Shown one piece after another: positions 1-10,954 of a stretch of 64,000 nucleotides of DNA. Position 1 is the first letter of the stretch. Every line of letters begins with the position of its first letter. A program made the position numbers and the translations under genes. The stretch comes from an uncultured Spirochaetota bacterium (GTDB lineage: Bacteria > Spirochaetota > Spirochaetia > SZUA-6 > Fen-1364): positions 1 through 64,000 of the forward strand of contig CAWGAA010000002.1 of the NCBI GenBank assembly GCA_963820525.1. Reading direction: 5' to 3'. The notes beneath the pieces were generated by a model. The model had not been told where the DNA came from. It made no database searches and saw only the letters and a list, made by a program, of their open reading frames with translations.

Positions 1-45
1 GAAACGCGCGGCCAGCGTTCCGGAAACAAGCAGAGAGGTGGCGCC

Positions 46-1033
46 ATGAGGCAGGGAACCACCTTTTTACGGACTGTTTTCCATCCCCGGTTCAGCCTGA
101 TCTGGCTTCTGCTGGCCTTGGTTGCGGCTTTTTCCCTGGCCACGAAAGCGTTCCGCAGTCCCGAGAACCTTCTCGAAATACTGCAATCAACGGGGATCAC
201 CGCCATCCTCGTGCTCGGCCTGACTTGGATCGTGGCCATCGGCGAAATGGATATATCCTTCGCGGATGTCGCCGCTTTGGTGACCATGATCACGGCGTAC
301 GTGGCGGTGAATCTCCACTTCCCGATCGGGCTCGCCCTGCTCGTCGCCTTCCTAGCCGGCTCTCTGGTCGGGCTGCTCAACGGCTTCATGACCGCATACC
401 TGAAGATCCCCTCGCTGATCGGGACCATCGCCACCGGTTATGCGGCTAAGGCGATCGCGAAAATCCTGGGAGGCGGGAAGCCAATGCCCATCCAGAACGG
501 TGGCTCGCAGATCGTCTATGGGTTCGTCTACGGCGAAGTTTTCGATATTCCGGTGATCTTCCTGACCACTTTGGCAATCTACATCGTGTGCCGGTTCCTG
601 CAGGACCAGACCCGCATGGGGCAGCACCTGTATGCCCTGGGGGAAAACCGGCAGGCCGCCCGCGAGGCCGGCATCAAGGAACCAAAGATCATCCTCAGCT
701 ACTTCATCCTGAGCGCCGTCCTGGCCTCCATCGCCGGCATCCTCTCAACCGCGCAGCTAGGTCTCCGGGGTTTCGGAAATCGGCGGCGGGACTCTGACGA
801 TCCAGGGCTTCACGGCGGTTTTCCTGGGCGTGATGGTGGTGAAGGCCGGCAAGCCCAACGTGATCGGTACGTTGATCGGGGTCATCATGCTGACCGTGCT
901 GCTCAACTGGATCACCCTTCTGGGACTGCAGACCTTCATCGTGTGGCTTGCCCGCGGGGCGCTCCTGCTGGTCGGGATCACGATCGTCACGCTGTCGAGC
1001 TACCAGAGGAAAGTGCACGGGCTTAAAATATGA
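46..1033 (+). pseudogene. Sugar ABC transporter permease (RbsC-like), frameshifted near 760-780
   Basis: Hydrophobic ORF with G-E-M-D-I-S and 'T-R-M-G-Q-H-L-Y-A-L-G-E-N-R-Q-A-A-R-E-A-G-I' (EAA-type) motifs. The C-terminal helices continue in another frame (830..1033). Confidence 0.85.
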
Positions 1034-1078
1034 CGCGTTATTCATACGATCGCCATACCCACGTGAAGGAGGATTTTT

Positions 1079-1669
1079 GTGATGAGCAAAAAGCTAAACG
1101 GCAAGACCATCGTCATTATCGTGGCGAACGAGTTTGAGGACATCGAGCTCCTGTATCCCATCCTGCGGCTCAACGAAGAGGGGGCTTCCATCGTCGTCGT
1201 TCCGATGCGGCTCGACTATCACACGCACACCCGCCCCTACCTACGGGACAAACCGGTCACCGGCCGGTTCGGGCACACCGTGCCGATTGGCGTTATGGCC
1301 GAAGGAAAGCGATACACCATCCAGGAGTTCGAGGAGATCTCCGCCGACCGGCTCGACTGCCTTCTTTTCCCCGGCGGCTACTCACCCGACGGGCTGCGAA
1401 TCCATCAGGGCCTGCTCACCCTTATTCGTGAGTGCCACAAGAAGGGCAAGATCCTGGCCGCGATCTGCCACGGTCCATGGATTTTGATCTCGGCTGGGCT
1501 CGTGAAAGGCAGGAAGGTCGTGAGTTACGCTCCGGTCAAAGACGACCTTGTCAACGCCGGCGCCGAGTTTGTGGACGTGCCGGCCGTGCGGGACGGGAAC
1601 ATCATTACGGGCAGAGTGCCGGATGACCTGCCGGAGTTCTGTCAGGAGATCATCGGCGCGCTGTCGTGA
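1079..1669 (+). CDS. DJ-1/PfpI family protein (type 1 glutamine amidotransferase-like)
   Basis: Motifs FEDIEL, PGG, AAICHGPW, DGNIITGRVPDDLP; RBS gaaggagg upstream. Confidence 0.9.
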   Translation: MMSKKLNGKTIVIIVANEFEDIELLYPILRLNEEGASIVVVPMRLDYHTHTRPYLRDKPVTGRFGHTVPIGVMAEGKRYTIQEFEEISADRLDCLLFPGGYSPDGLRIHQGLLTLIRECHKKGKILAAICHGPWILISAGLVKGRKVVSYAPVKDDLVNAGAEFVDVPAVRDGNIITGRVPDDLPEFCQEIIGALS

Positions 1670-1755
1670 AGGCGTGCCTGAAGTGACGGGCGTGACAGGG
1701 GGAAGCGGCTCGAAGAGAGCCGCTTCGGTACGCAGGCAAAATGAATTGAGGGAGT

Positions 1756-2526
1756 ATGAGAGCCCAGGCAATCAGGGACTTTAGAACGAAGCTGGAGAAG
1801 GGGGTCGTCTTCGGCCCCTTTTCCAAGACCTCCGATCCGGCCTTTATCGAGATCATGGGGTACGGGAATTTCGACTTTGTCATCCTTGATCTCGAGCATG
1901 GCCCGACCAGCATCCAGCACCTTCAGCATCTGGTCAGGGCGGCAGAGATCTCGGGTCTTTTCCCTATCGTGCGGGTCAAGGAAAACAACCTTTCCGTGAT
2001 TGGAGAGGTGCTGGACATCGGCGCGGGAGGTATCCAGGTCCCCCAAGTCACGGACCTCGAGGCGGCCCGGCGGATCGTCCAGGCGGCAAAGTTCTTCCCC
2101 AGCGGCGCGAGGGGCATGTGCCGGTTCGTGAGAGCGGCGAAATACTCCGCGCAAGACAAGTTCTCCTATTTTCAGGAAGCGAACGAAACCGTGATCATCC
2201 TGCAGCTGGAAGGTCGGGAGGCGATCGATAATCTGGAACAGATCTTGACGGTCAAGGACCTGGACATCATTTTTATCGGGCCCTACGACCTATCGCAGTC
2301 CTTTGGGGTGCCCGGGCAAGTGGATCACCCCGTGGTGATCGGGAAGATGCAGGAGATCGTGGCCCAGTGCGTGCGCCGCGGGATTACCGTCGGGACCTTT
2401 GTGGACACGATCGAAAATGCCCGGAAATGGAAAAAGCTGGGGGTAAAATACCTCTGCTACTCGGTGGACGTGGGCATCTTCTACGAGAAATGCAGATCCG
2501 ACGTGGAACTGATGCGGGTGGTCTAA
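1756..2526 (+). CDS. HpcH/HpaI family aldolase
   Basis: Motifs FDFVILDLEHG, LDIGAGGIQVP, IFIGPYDLSQSFG. Confidence 0.9.
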   Translation: MRAQAIRDFRTKLEKGVVFGPFSKTSDPAFIEIMGYGNFDFVILDLEHGPTSIQHLQHLVRAAEISGLFPIVRVKENNLSVIGEVLDIGAGGIQVPQVTDLEAARRIVQAAKFFPSGARGMCRFVRAAKYSAQDKFSYFQEANETVIILQLEGREAIDNLEQILTVKDLDIIFIGPYDLSQSFGVPGQVDHPVVIGKMQEIVAQCVRRGITVGTFVDTIENARKWKKLGVKYLCYSVDVGIFYEKCRSDVELMRVV

Positions 2527-2585
2527 TAGCGGGGGGTGTGGCCAGTCTTGCATTTCAAAGTAGTCCAACAGCCAGGGAGGCGTAG

Positions 2586-3555
2586 ATGCATGAGGTTTTG
2601 AAGAGGCTCGGGGAGATCGGTGTCGTCCCGGTCGTGAAGATCGAGAAGGCGTCCGACGCGGTCGCCTCTGGGCAGGGCGCTCCTCGCGGGCGACCTGCCG
2701 GTCGCGGAGATCACCTTCCGCACCGCGGCGGCCGAGGACGCCATCCGGGCGCTAACCCGCGAGCTGCCCGACCTGCTCGTCGGCGCGGGCACGGTGCTCA
2801 CCGCGAGCAGGTGGAGCAGCGCGGTCGGCGCGGGGGCGACAGTTCATCGTGGCGCCCGGTTTCAACCCGAAGGTGGTCGACTACTGCATCGGCAAGGGCG
2901 TGCCCGTGGCGCCGGGGATCAGCTCGCCGACGGAGATCGAGATAGGCACTCGAGCGCGGGCTGGAGGTGCTGAAGTTTTTCCCGGCCGGCGCTTCCGGCG
3001 GGCTCGACTTCCTCAAGGCGATTGCGGCCCCTTTCAGCGGCGTGCAGTTCATGCCCACGGGCGGCGTGGACACCGGCGAACATCGAAGGACTACCTTTCC
3101 TTCAACCGCGTGCTTGCCGTCGGCGGCACGTGGATCGCGAAGGAGGCGACGATCTCCGCCGGGAGGTTCGACGAGATCACGAAGCTCGCGCGTGAGGCGG
3201 TCACGCTCGTCACTGGGCTTCGAGCTGGCCCACCTCGGGGATCAACGAGGCGAGCGCGGAGACGGCCATGGGCGGCGCCGAGACCATGGCGCGCCTGTTC
3301 TCCTTCGCGGTGAAGGACGGAAACAGCTCGACCTTCGCGGGTGCCGGCTTCGAGTTCATGAAGAGGCCGTACCTCGGCAGGCACGGCCACATCGCCATCG
3401 CCACCCTCAGCATCCCCCGCGCGATCGCGTGGCTTTCGCGCAAGGGCGATCAGGCATGAAGCCCGAGACGGCGAAGGAAAAGGACGGAAAGATCGCGGCC
3501 GTGTACCTCGACCTCGAGGTGGGTGGGTTCGCCGTTCACCTTTTGCAGAGAGTAG
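2586..3555 (+). pseudogene. eda: KDPG/KHG aldolase with C-terminal extension, several frameshifts
   Basis: Pieces across frames: GVVPVVKI, EITFRT, VGAGTVL, LKFFPA, FMPTGGV, AVGGTW, ending GGFAVHLLQ. Confidence 0.85.
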
Positions 3556-3568
3556 GAGGTAGATCGAC

Positions 3569-4604
3569 ATGGCGGACGGATCGTCACTTTCGGCGAAGAT
3601 CATGCTGCGCCTGAAGCCGCCCGGAGCGGAGCGCTTCTTCCAGAGCCCGACCTTCGAGGCGACCTTCGGCGGAGGGGAGGCGAACGTCGCGACCGCGCCT
3701 GGCGCGCTTCGGCTGCGACACGGCCTACGTGTCGGTGATTCCCGCCAACGCCATCGGCGATGCATGCGTCGGCGAGCTGCGCCGCCACGGCATCGACACC
3801 TCGCTGGTCGTGCGCAAGGGTGCGCGGCTCGGCATCTATTTCCTCGAGGCGGGCGCCAACCAGCGGCCCTCGGTGGTCATCTACGACCGCGCCGGCGCCG
3901 CCATCGCGGAGGCGCGCAAGGGCGACATCGACTGGGACGAAGTCCTTTGCCGGCGCCGCCTGGTTCCACATCACGGGCATCACCCCCGCGATCTCGCTCA
4001 CGCCGCCGAGCTCTCCCTGGAAGCGGTGCGGAAGGCGAAGGAGAAGGGCCTCACCGTCTCCTGCGACCTGAACTACCGCAAGAACCTCTGGAAATACGGG
4101 AAGACCGCGCCCGAGGTCATGGGCGAGCTCGTGCAAGTCCGTGGACGTGGCGATCGCAAACGAGGAGGACTGCCAGAAGGCGCTCGGCGTGAGCGTGCCG
4201 GTGGACGTGGAATCGGGAAAGCTCGAACCGGCCGCAGTACCGCGGGCTCGCGGAGAAGGTCCTCTCCGCGCTACCCGAACCTGAAGACGATCGCCATCAC
4301 GCTGCGCGAGAGCAGGTCGGCCGACGAGAACGGCTGGTCGGGGTGCCTGCACACGGGGAAGGAGTTCCTCGTCTCCCGCCGGTACGAAATCCGCGACATC
4401 GTGGACCGGGTGGGATCGGGTGACACGTTCGCCGCGGGCCTCATCTACGGCCTGCACGACCTCGGCTCGCCGCAGGAAGCGCTGGAGTTCGCCGTGGCGG
4501 CCTCGTGCCTGAAGCACTCGATCCCCGGCGACCTTCCCCTCCTGTCCGTCGCCGAGGTGAAGGCGCTCATGGGAGGATCGGGTAGCGGCCGAGTTCAGCG
4601 CTAG
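3569..4604 (+). pseudogene. kdgK: 2-keto-3-deoxygluconate kinase (PfkB family), several frameshifts
   Basis: [63 protein letters not shown]. Confidence 0.88.
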
Positions 4605-4670
4605 GGGCTCGGACTTTTTACAATCTGCCGGGTGAGGCTTTTAGAACACCCTAAAAGGAAGAGAAGCAAC

Positions 4671-5705
4671 ATGGGGCAATTGGATTCACGCATGGCTGAT
4701 GGAATGGTTATGTGTACGGAAGATGCCTTGAAAAAGATGGCCGTCAAGCGGCTGGCCGAAGCGGGCATGCCCGAAACGGATGCGGCCTGCATGGCCGACG
4801 TGCTGGTCTACGCGGATCTGCGCGGAGTGCATTCCCATGGCGTTTTGCGCGTCCAGCATTACACGCAGCGCATCCGCGCCGGCGGGATGAATCTGAGGGC
4901 GAAGCTGTGCCTCGCGCGCATCAAACCGTCCATCGGCCTGCTGGACGCCCAAGGCGCCGCCGGCCACGTTGCCACGACCTTCGCCACCCGCGAGGCTATC
5001 GGCATCGCTCGCGAGCAAGGCCTTGCCATGGTGGGCATTAAGAACAACAGCCATTGCGGAGCCCTGGCGTATTACGTACAGATGGCGCTGGACGCGAACA
5101 TGGCGGCTTTCATGTGCGCCAACACCGATAAACAGACCGTACCCTTTGGCGGCCGGGAAGCGTTTTTCGGTACGAATCCCTTTGCCTTCGGCTTCCCCGG
5201 AGAGAAGGAGTCCATCCTGCTGGACATGGCAACCAGTGGAGTCGCCTGGGGCAAAGTCCTGATCGCCCGGGAAAAGAATCAGACCATCCCCGAGCAATGG
5301 GCCGTCGACGCCGCGGGTAACACGTGCACCGATCCACACAAGGCCGTGGCGCTCCTTCCATTCGGCGGCCCCAAGGGCTACGGCATCATGATCATGGTGG
5401 AGGCGCTGACCGGCTTGATGATCGGCGGAGTGTTCGGGCCGCACCTGAAGAAGATGTACGGCGATCTGGAGTCCTATCGGGACATCTCCACCTTCATCCT
5501 TACGATCGATCCGGCGGTCTTCGGCTCCGCCGACGGATACGTGAAGCACACCCAGCGCATGATCGACGAGCTGCACGCTCTGCCGCCCGCGCCGGGCTTT
5601 GAGCGGGTCATGCTGCCCGGGGAGATCGAACGGCTCACAATGGAACGCAACAGACGCGAGGGCATCCCCATCCCCAAGCCAGTCTACGATTTCCTCTCGC
5701 AATGA
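4671..5705 (+). CDS. Ldh_2 family oxidoreductase (ureidoglycolate/malate/L-lactate dehydrogenase-like)
   Basis: ADLRGVHSHG, NSHCGALAYY, GTNPFAFGFP, LLDMATS, LPFGGPKGYG, VMLPGE. Confidence 0.9.
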   Translation: MGQLDSRMADGMVMCTEDALKKMAVKRLAEAGMPETDAACMADVLVYADLRGVHSHGVLRVQHYTQRIRAGGMNLRAKLCLARIKPSIGLLDAQGAAGHVATTFATREAIGIAREQGLAMVGIKNNSHCGALAYYVQMALDANMAAFMCANTDKQTVPFGGREAFFGTNPFAFGFPGEKESILLDMATSGVAWGKVLIAREKNQTIPEQWAVDAAGNTCTDPHKAVALLPFGGPKGYGIMIMVEALTGLMIGGVFGPHLKKMYGDLESYRDISTFILTIDPAVFGSADGYVKHTQRMIDELHALPPAPGFERVMLPGEIERLTMERNRREGIPIPKPVYDFLSQ

Positions 5706-5744
5706 CGGCCGGAGGGTGCTATTCCTTTCTCCCCGTCAGCTTGA

Positions 5745-7071
5745 TGTTCGTAGAAACGCACGCTGCTGTTCGCCGAGTACATGAACGAGCGGCTCATGCT
5801 TCGGTTGCCCCACAGACAATTCGTCTTCACCCTGCCCAAGGTCCTGCGCATGTTCTTCCGACATGACCGGCAGCTCCACGGTGAGACCAGCCGACTCATC
5901 CATCGCCTCCTGCAAGACTTCTTCACGGCGGCCGCAGGCATGAGGATCCGCACCGGCGGTGTCATTGCATTTCAGACCTCAGGGGAGTTCGTGAGATGGA
6001 ACCCGCACTGGCACGGGTTGTTCCTTGAAGGAGGCTTCGACCGCAACGGCCGATTCGTTCACATCCCCACGATGAACCTTGCGAAGATGAGCGCCTGCTT
6101 CCGCCACAGAGTTGTGGAGTTCTTCCGCCAGCGACAGCTGTTGAACGAGCGCTTGGCAAAGAACATGCTGGAGTGGACCCACTCGGGATTTAGTGTCGAC
6201 GGCTCCGTCGGCATCCCCGCAGGCTCCCCGAAAGCGCGCGAAGCCCTCTCGCAGTACATCGCGCGGCCGCCTGTCTCGCTTAAGAAGCTTCTCGTGGAGG
6301 AGGGCGGCACAGACAGCGTCCTGTACTACACTGCCTACAACAACTATTTCCGAACAAACGCCAAGCTGTTCTCCGCCTCTGACTTCTTGGCCGAACTCCT
6401 CCAGCACCTCCCAGAGCCCCGCACGAGGTTGATCCGTGCCTACGGATTGTACTCCTCACGCGCTCGGGGTACGTGGCTGCGGATGCCCTACCTTGTACGT
6501 CTCGCCCCTGAGGGGTGGAAGCAGGATCATTCGCCTCCGCCTTCAGCTTGCGTCGGTGCCCCCGGCGAGCCCCAACCGGACTGTTCGGTCTCCGCGATGG
6601 AGTGCCGCTCCGCGTGGGCTCGCCTTATTGCGAAGGTCTACGAGGTCGATCCCTTGGTCTGTCTCAGCTGCGGCGCAGCGATGCGCGTCTTGGCCGTCAT
6701 CACCGAGCCGCAGCAGGTCCTCAAGATCCTGCGCCACCTCGTGAAGATCGGTACGCCGCCACCCGGCTTAGACCCTGCTTCCCTCAACTGACCCTTGTCT
6801 TCTTAGCAAGCCTGGGGCACCTATGAACAGTGTCGAGAGCCCATTTCTCGTCGTTCCCTTTTGCGGGACTAGTCTGGCTTTTCTTTATGCCCGAAGGCCG
6901 CGTAGCCCCATCTGTTGGCCCATATTGTTTCCCATTCCTCATTCTCGGCCCGATATGTTCTTGCTGAAGATCACTCAACTTGCCTGTGATGGGTTGCAAC
7001 CGCACTCCGGGCGAGCTCGTCCCGCCAGTCGCTTGCTATGCCCAGACAACACCCTTATAGTAGTTCCTATC
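5745..7071 (+). mobile_element. IS91/ISCR-like rolling-circle element, family A, left-truncated copy (transposase 5781..6791 lacks the N-terminus)
   Basis: Near-identical to the 3' part of the full copy 57103..58784. HUH motif NPHWH and YIARPP. Begins at an internal GTTC; ends tagtagttcctatc followed by GTTT. Confidence 0.92.
7033..7061 (+). promoter_or_regulatory. Outward-facing sigma70-type promoter in the family A ori end (also in the other family A copies of 135 bp or longer)
   Basis: TTGCTA (7033-7038), 17 bp spacer, TATAGT (7056-7061); the element ends 10 bp downstream. Confidence 0.7.
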
Positions 7072-7261
7072 GTTTGGTGCCCCGTTGCCGGTATGTGCCG
7101 GGGGGCGTCGCATCCAAGGACAGCGCCAGCTGGTCTGAAAGGCGTTGCTGGGATCCGTGGATGCGTGACACCTAGGTGGTCTGGGGATGCAGGGCGGTTG
7201 ACGGCCCAATATAGGCATGATAGTGTGATCGGAATTAGACTGAAGTTAGAGGAAGAATTCC

Positions 7262-7939
7262 GTGAATAAAACATTTGTTTCAGTGCTTTCTGCTTGTACT
7301 GCAGTGTTTCTTGCCTTCGGAAGTTCTTCACTTTTCTCCGAAAGCCGAATAGATTCGCGAATTGTTGGGATATGGCGGCACGCATGCCTCGACAGCGCCG
7401 GAAGCGAACGGTTCCCCGGCGGAGATATCGGAACTGTGCACCCTGCACCTAAGTTGTCAATTCTTCCAGCCATATTCACCTTTGGATCCGATGGCAGCTT
7501 TGTCGCAGATTCCTACTTCGAAAGCTACAAGACGCCCAAACCAGGCGGATTTGGGAAGCTGGAGATCACCAGAAAGTTCGATATCAAAGATTCAATCCGC
7601 GGGACCTACCGTCTTTTCGATTCGATCCTTGACGCTTCCTTGTATTGCAATATGCCCCAGGATTCAATTCACAGCACCGGCTCATTTGATCGTATCCTGC
7701 TGATCATATTGGAGAGGAATAGGGGTCGAGAATTGTTCGCGATTTCTTTCAGCGGCCAAGGCAAAATGAAAACAGAAGCACTACGGGGCGCGCCCCGCGC
7801 AGTAGGATTCTTGCTTCCCTTGGAGGGCTCGTTGTCAGGCAGTGCTTACATGCGGCGACTGGTTGCTCCCGCCCCTTGGTGGCAATTGGAGGGCGAACCG
7901 CCGGAAGAGGAGAGCTCATCCAAGGTGCAACGACACTAG
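7262..7939 (+). CDS. Hypothetical secreted protein
   Basis: 225 aa ORF with N-terminal signal-peptide-like stretch; no recognisable domain. Confidence 0.55.
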   Translation: MNKTFVSVLSACTAVFLAFGSSSLFSESRIDSRIVGIWRHACLDSAGSERFPGGDIGTVHPAPKLSILPAIFTFGSDGSFVADSYFESYKTPKPGGFGKLEITRKFDIKDSIRGTYRLFDSILDASLYCNMPQDSIHSTGSFDRILLIILERNRGRELFAISFSGQGKMKTEALRGAPRAVGFLLPLEGSLSGSAYMRRLVAPAPWWQLEGEPPEEESSSKVQRH

Positions 7940-7979
7940 TGTTCCGCAAGAAACGCATGTGTGATGAAAGGACCGTCGA

Positions 7980-8894
7980 ATGAAAAAAACATCATTTTTC
8001 GTCCTGGTAGTGCTCTGTGCTACCGCGTCCATCTCTTTTGCGCAATCGGCAAATTATAGGGCTCAAGGCAAGTACTACTCGGCCAAGGAATGCTATCAAG
8101 GAAAGAACTATAGCGGTGCGATTCAATACCTCGAGGAATGCATCGGATTACTGTCGGGCAAGTCCAATGAGTTCATAGAGTACCTTCGGATACTGTCATA
8201 TTACAATTTGGGATACTATTCGAACGCTCACACCGCAATGACAAGATTCTTTGACATTATCGAAGGTCGAGAAAAGCCAGTACCCTTCACCCAGTGGGTA
8301 GAAAGGCTTACTGACACCGAAATCAAGGACGTAACAAAACTTATGGACAAAATAGTCGAGGCTGTCGAGCGAGAAAAGGCAGAAGCGCCGCGGAAAAGGC
8401 TTCTTGAAGAAATGTCGAGCCTTAACAGTAAGCTGAAGAGTGAATTCAGCTCTGATTGCATTGTCGAGGTGGATAGTGAGGGATTTGTTTATCAGGAAAG
8501 CAGACCTGGAATAGATGGAAAAGACAATCCTATTGACTCCTCTGAAACGGTGGATGGAGGGATCCGGTTCGAAAAAGTCAAATGGTCAAACATCGCGCAA
8601 GTCAAGTTCTACTCTCCCAAATCTCACAGCTTTTACGCCGACGCGAGCTCGCTTGACTCCAGCTATGAGCTTCGCCTCAGCCTGAACCTTCGAAGCGAAA
8701 TCGGCTATTACCGAACAGTCTATGAGGCAGTAGAGACGCGCCATTCCGGGCAGTGGGCAAAATTCCATTGGGAAAAATCGCCAGAAAAGAGGGAAAAAAC
8801 GAATCTGTTTTCGCTTCGTGTAAATGATGCGCAGCGGGCATATTCGATCCTTCAAGCCGTTTTGGCGGCGAGCGAGAAACTAAGAGGGCATTGA
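7980..8894 (+). CDS. Secreted protein with N-terminal TPR-like helices
   Basis: Signal peptide MKKTSFFVLVVLCATASISFAQ, helical YYSAKECY..YSGAIQYLE pattern, RBS aaagga. Confidence 0.7.
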   Translation: MKKTSFFVLVVLCATASISFAQSANYRAQGKYYSAKECYQGKNYSGAIQYLEECIGLLSGKSNEFIEYLRILSYYNLGYYSNAHTAMTRFFDIIEGREKPVPFTQWVERLTDTEIKDVTKLMDKIVEAVEREKAEAPRKRLLEEMSSLNSKLKSEFSSDCIVEVDSEGFVYQESRPGIDGKDNPIDSSETVDGGIRFEKVKWSNIAQVKFYSPKSHSFYADASSLDSSYELRLSLNLRSEIGYYRTVYEAVETRHSGQWAKFHWEKSPEKREKTNLFSLRVNDAQRAYSILQAVLAASEKLRGH

Positions 8895-9189
8895 CTCACG
8901 GCCCGAAAGCGCCCACCCTCGCTGCAACGTAGGGTGTCAGTCCAGAGCCAGGGGATTGTTGTTGCCCACGCGTCACGAACATGACACCCTCTGAAGCAAG
9001 CAATATTAATGCCGTGCGAAAGGTACTTGTTTGAAATCCCCCCGGTATTCGCGCACGGCGTTCACCATCGCCAGCTATCCTGCGGCGGGCACATAATCCG
9101 GAATCGAATTGCCTGAGCCGACCGCCAACCCTGCTTGGGCCGCGCTCCTGGCAATAACGCTCAACGTACAGCGCTTGATCTCCGCCTCA

Positions 9190-9503
9190 GAACCTGATCC
9201 CTTATATCAAGGCCGCGATGAGATACAGGCCCGATCTGAGACTGTTCGCGTCCGCGTGGACGCCTCCGACCTGGATGAAAGTGAACGGCGCGTTCGACGG
9301 CGGTTCAATGAAGGACGACCCGAAAATCTATGACGCCTATGCATTGTACCTGGCGCGTTTTCTCGAATCCTATCAGAAAGAGGGGCTCAATGTATTCGCC
9401 GTCTGCATTCAGAATGAGCCCACGATTGATACCCGCTATCCCAGCTGCCTGTGGACATCGAGACAGTTTTTGACCTTTACGAGGGATCATATCGGGCCCC
9501 TGT
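9190..9503 (+). pseudogene. Internal fragment of a GH30 glycoside hydrolase
   Basis: LFASAWTPPTWMK, YDAYALYLARFLESY, IQNEP, YPSCLW. No N-terminus; cut at the right by the family A copy. Confidence 0.8.
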
Positions 9504-10275
9504 TTGTTCGCAGAAACGCACGCTGCTGTTCGCCGAGTACATGAACGAGCGGCTCATGCTTCGGTTGCCCCACAGGCAATTCGTCTTCACCCTGCCCAAG
9601 GTCCTGCGGGTGTTCTTCCGACATGACCGGCAGCTCCACGGTGAGATCAGCCGACTCATCCATCGCCTCCTGCAAGACTTCTTCACGGCGGCCGCAGGCA
9701 TGAGGATCCGCACCGGCGGTGTCATTGCATTTCAGACCTCAGGGGAGTTCGTGAGATGGAACCCGCACTGGCACGGGTTGTTCCTTGAAGGAGGCTTCGA
9801 CCGCAACGGCCGATTCGTTCACATCCCCACGATGAACCTTGCGAAGATGAGCGCCTGCTTCCGCCACAGAGTTGTGGAGTTCTTCCGCCAGCGACAGCTG
9901 TTGAACGAGCGCTTGGCAAAGAACATGCTGGAGTGGACCCACTCGGGATTTAGTGTCGACGGCTCCGTCGGCATCCCCGCAGGCTCCCCGAAAGCGCGCG
10001 AAGCCCTCTCGCAGTACATCGCGCGGCCGCCTGTCTCGCTTAAGAAGCTTCTCGTGGAGGAGGGCGGCACAGACAGCGTCCTGTACTACACTGCCTACAA
10101 CGACTATTTCCGAACAAACGCCAAGCGGTTCTCCGCCTCTGACTTCTTGGCCGAACTCCTGTAGATGCCCGCACTCTGGATTGAGAAATTCTGAGAAACT
10201 GCCGAATTATTGTATCTAGGAATCCCGAAAGAAGGGAAAGGAAATCGGGCACAGGTTTCTGTATGACGCAGCGCC

Positions 10276-10929
10276 GTGCCCGACTCCACAACAGATACAG
10301 TAATACTAATCGACATTCCGGCCCGTGACTATAGCTTTATCAAGCTCTCTGGAGAATGGCACGCTCGCCTGAGCTCCGTCTGCTGCCCGGCCTGTGAAAC
10401 CCGCGGGCAGTTCAAAAGACATGGCTGCTATCACAAGTATCACTACCAAAACAGGATCATGATTCTCCGATTGCGCTGCCGCCAGTGCGGGTGCACCCAC
10501 GCTCTGATTCCCAGTTTTTCGCTTCCCGGCACCTCAATCGGAAGCGAGGAGGCGGAGCGGTACCTGATCGCGCGTGCAGAGGACATAGGACGGGGGCGGG
10601 CGGGAAGGGAGCTGCGTGCACAGAGGATGAGCGGTAGCTACCCCAAAAGCTTGGACCGGATGTTCGCTACGGCGGTGAGGAGGGCCAAGGCGCTGTTTCC
10701 CCGGGCGGCCGATGAGAGCTTGTCCGCTCTTGCGTGGGTGTTTGCCGTCGTGGGCTACACGGAGCGGCCCCTGGTGGAGTTGAATCGCTTTTGCCTGGCC
10801 AGTGGAGTAAACGCTGTCTGTTTCTGCCGCGCTTCCATCCTTGTTTTCAAGCCTCGCCGAGCGCGAAGCAGCTTTTCACATAATCTGGGCTCTGCCGGTC
10901 CTCCCACCTGCCGCCTACACTCCGGGTGA
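10276..10929 (+). CDS. Transposon-associated Zn-ribbon protein (DUF6431-like)
   Basis: CPAC..HGCY..LRCRQCGCTHALIPSFSLP. Confidence 0.75.
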   Translation: MPDSTTDTVILIDIPARDYSFIKLSGEWHARLSSVCCPACETRGQFKRHGCYHKYHYQNRIMILRLRCRQCGCTHALIPSFSLPGTSIGSEEAERYLIARAEDIGRGRAGRELRAQRMSGSYPKSLDRMFATAVRRAKALFPRAADESLSALAWVFAVVGYTERPLVELNRFCLASGVNAVCFCRASILVFKPRRARSSFSHNLGSAGPPTCRLHSG

Positions 10930-10954
10930 GATCACACAACAACCGGAGGAATCG

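Noticed and set aside
6823..7269. ORF starting MNSVESPF in each family A tail
   Set aside because: It runs out of the element into a different flank in each copy; likely non-coding ori region.
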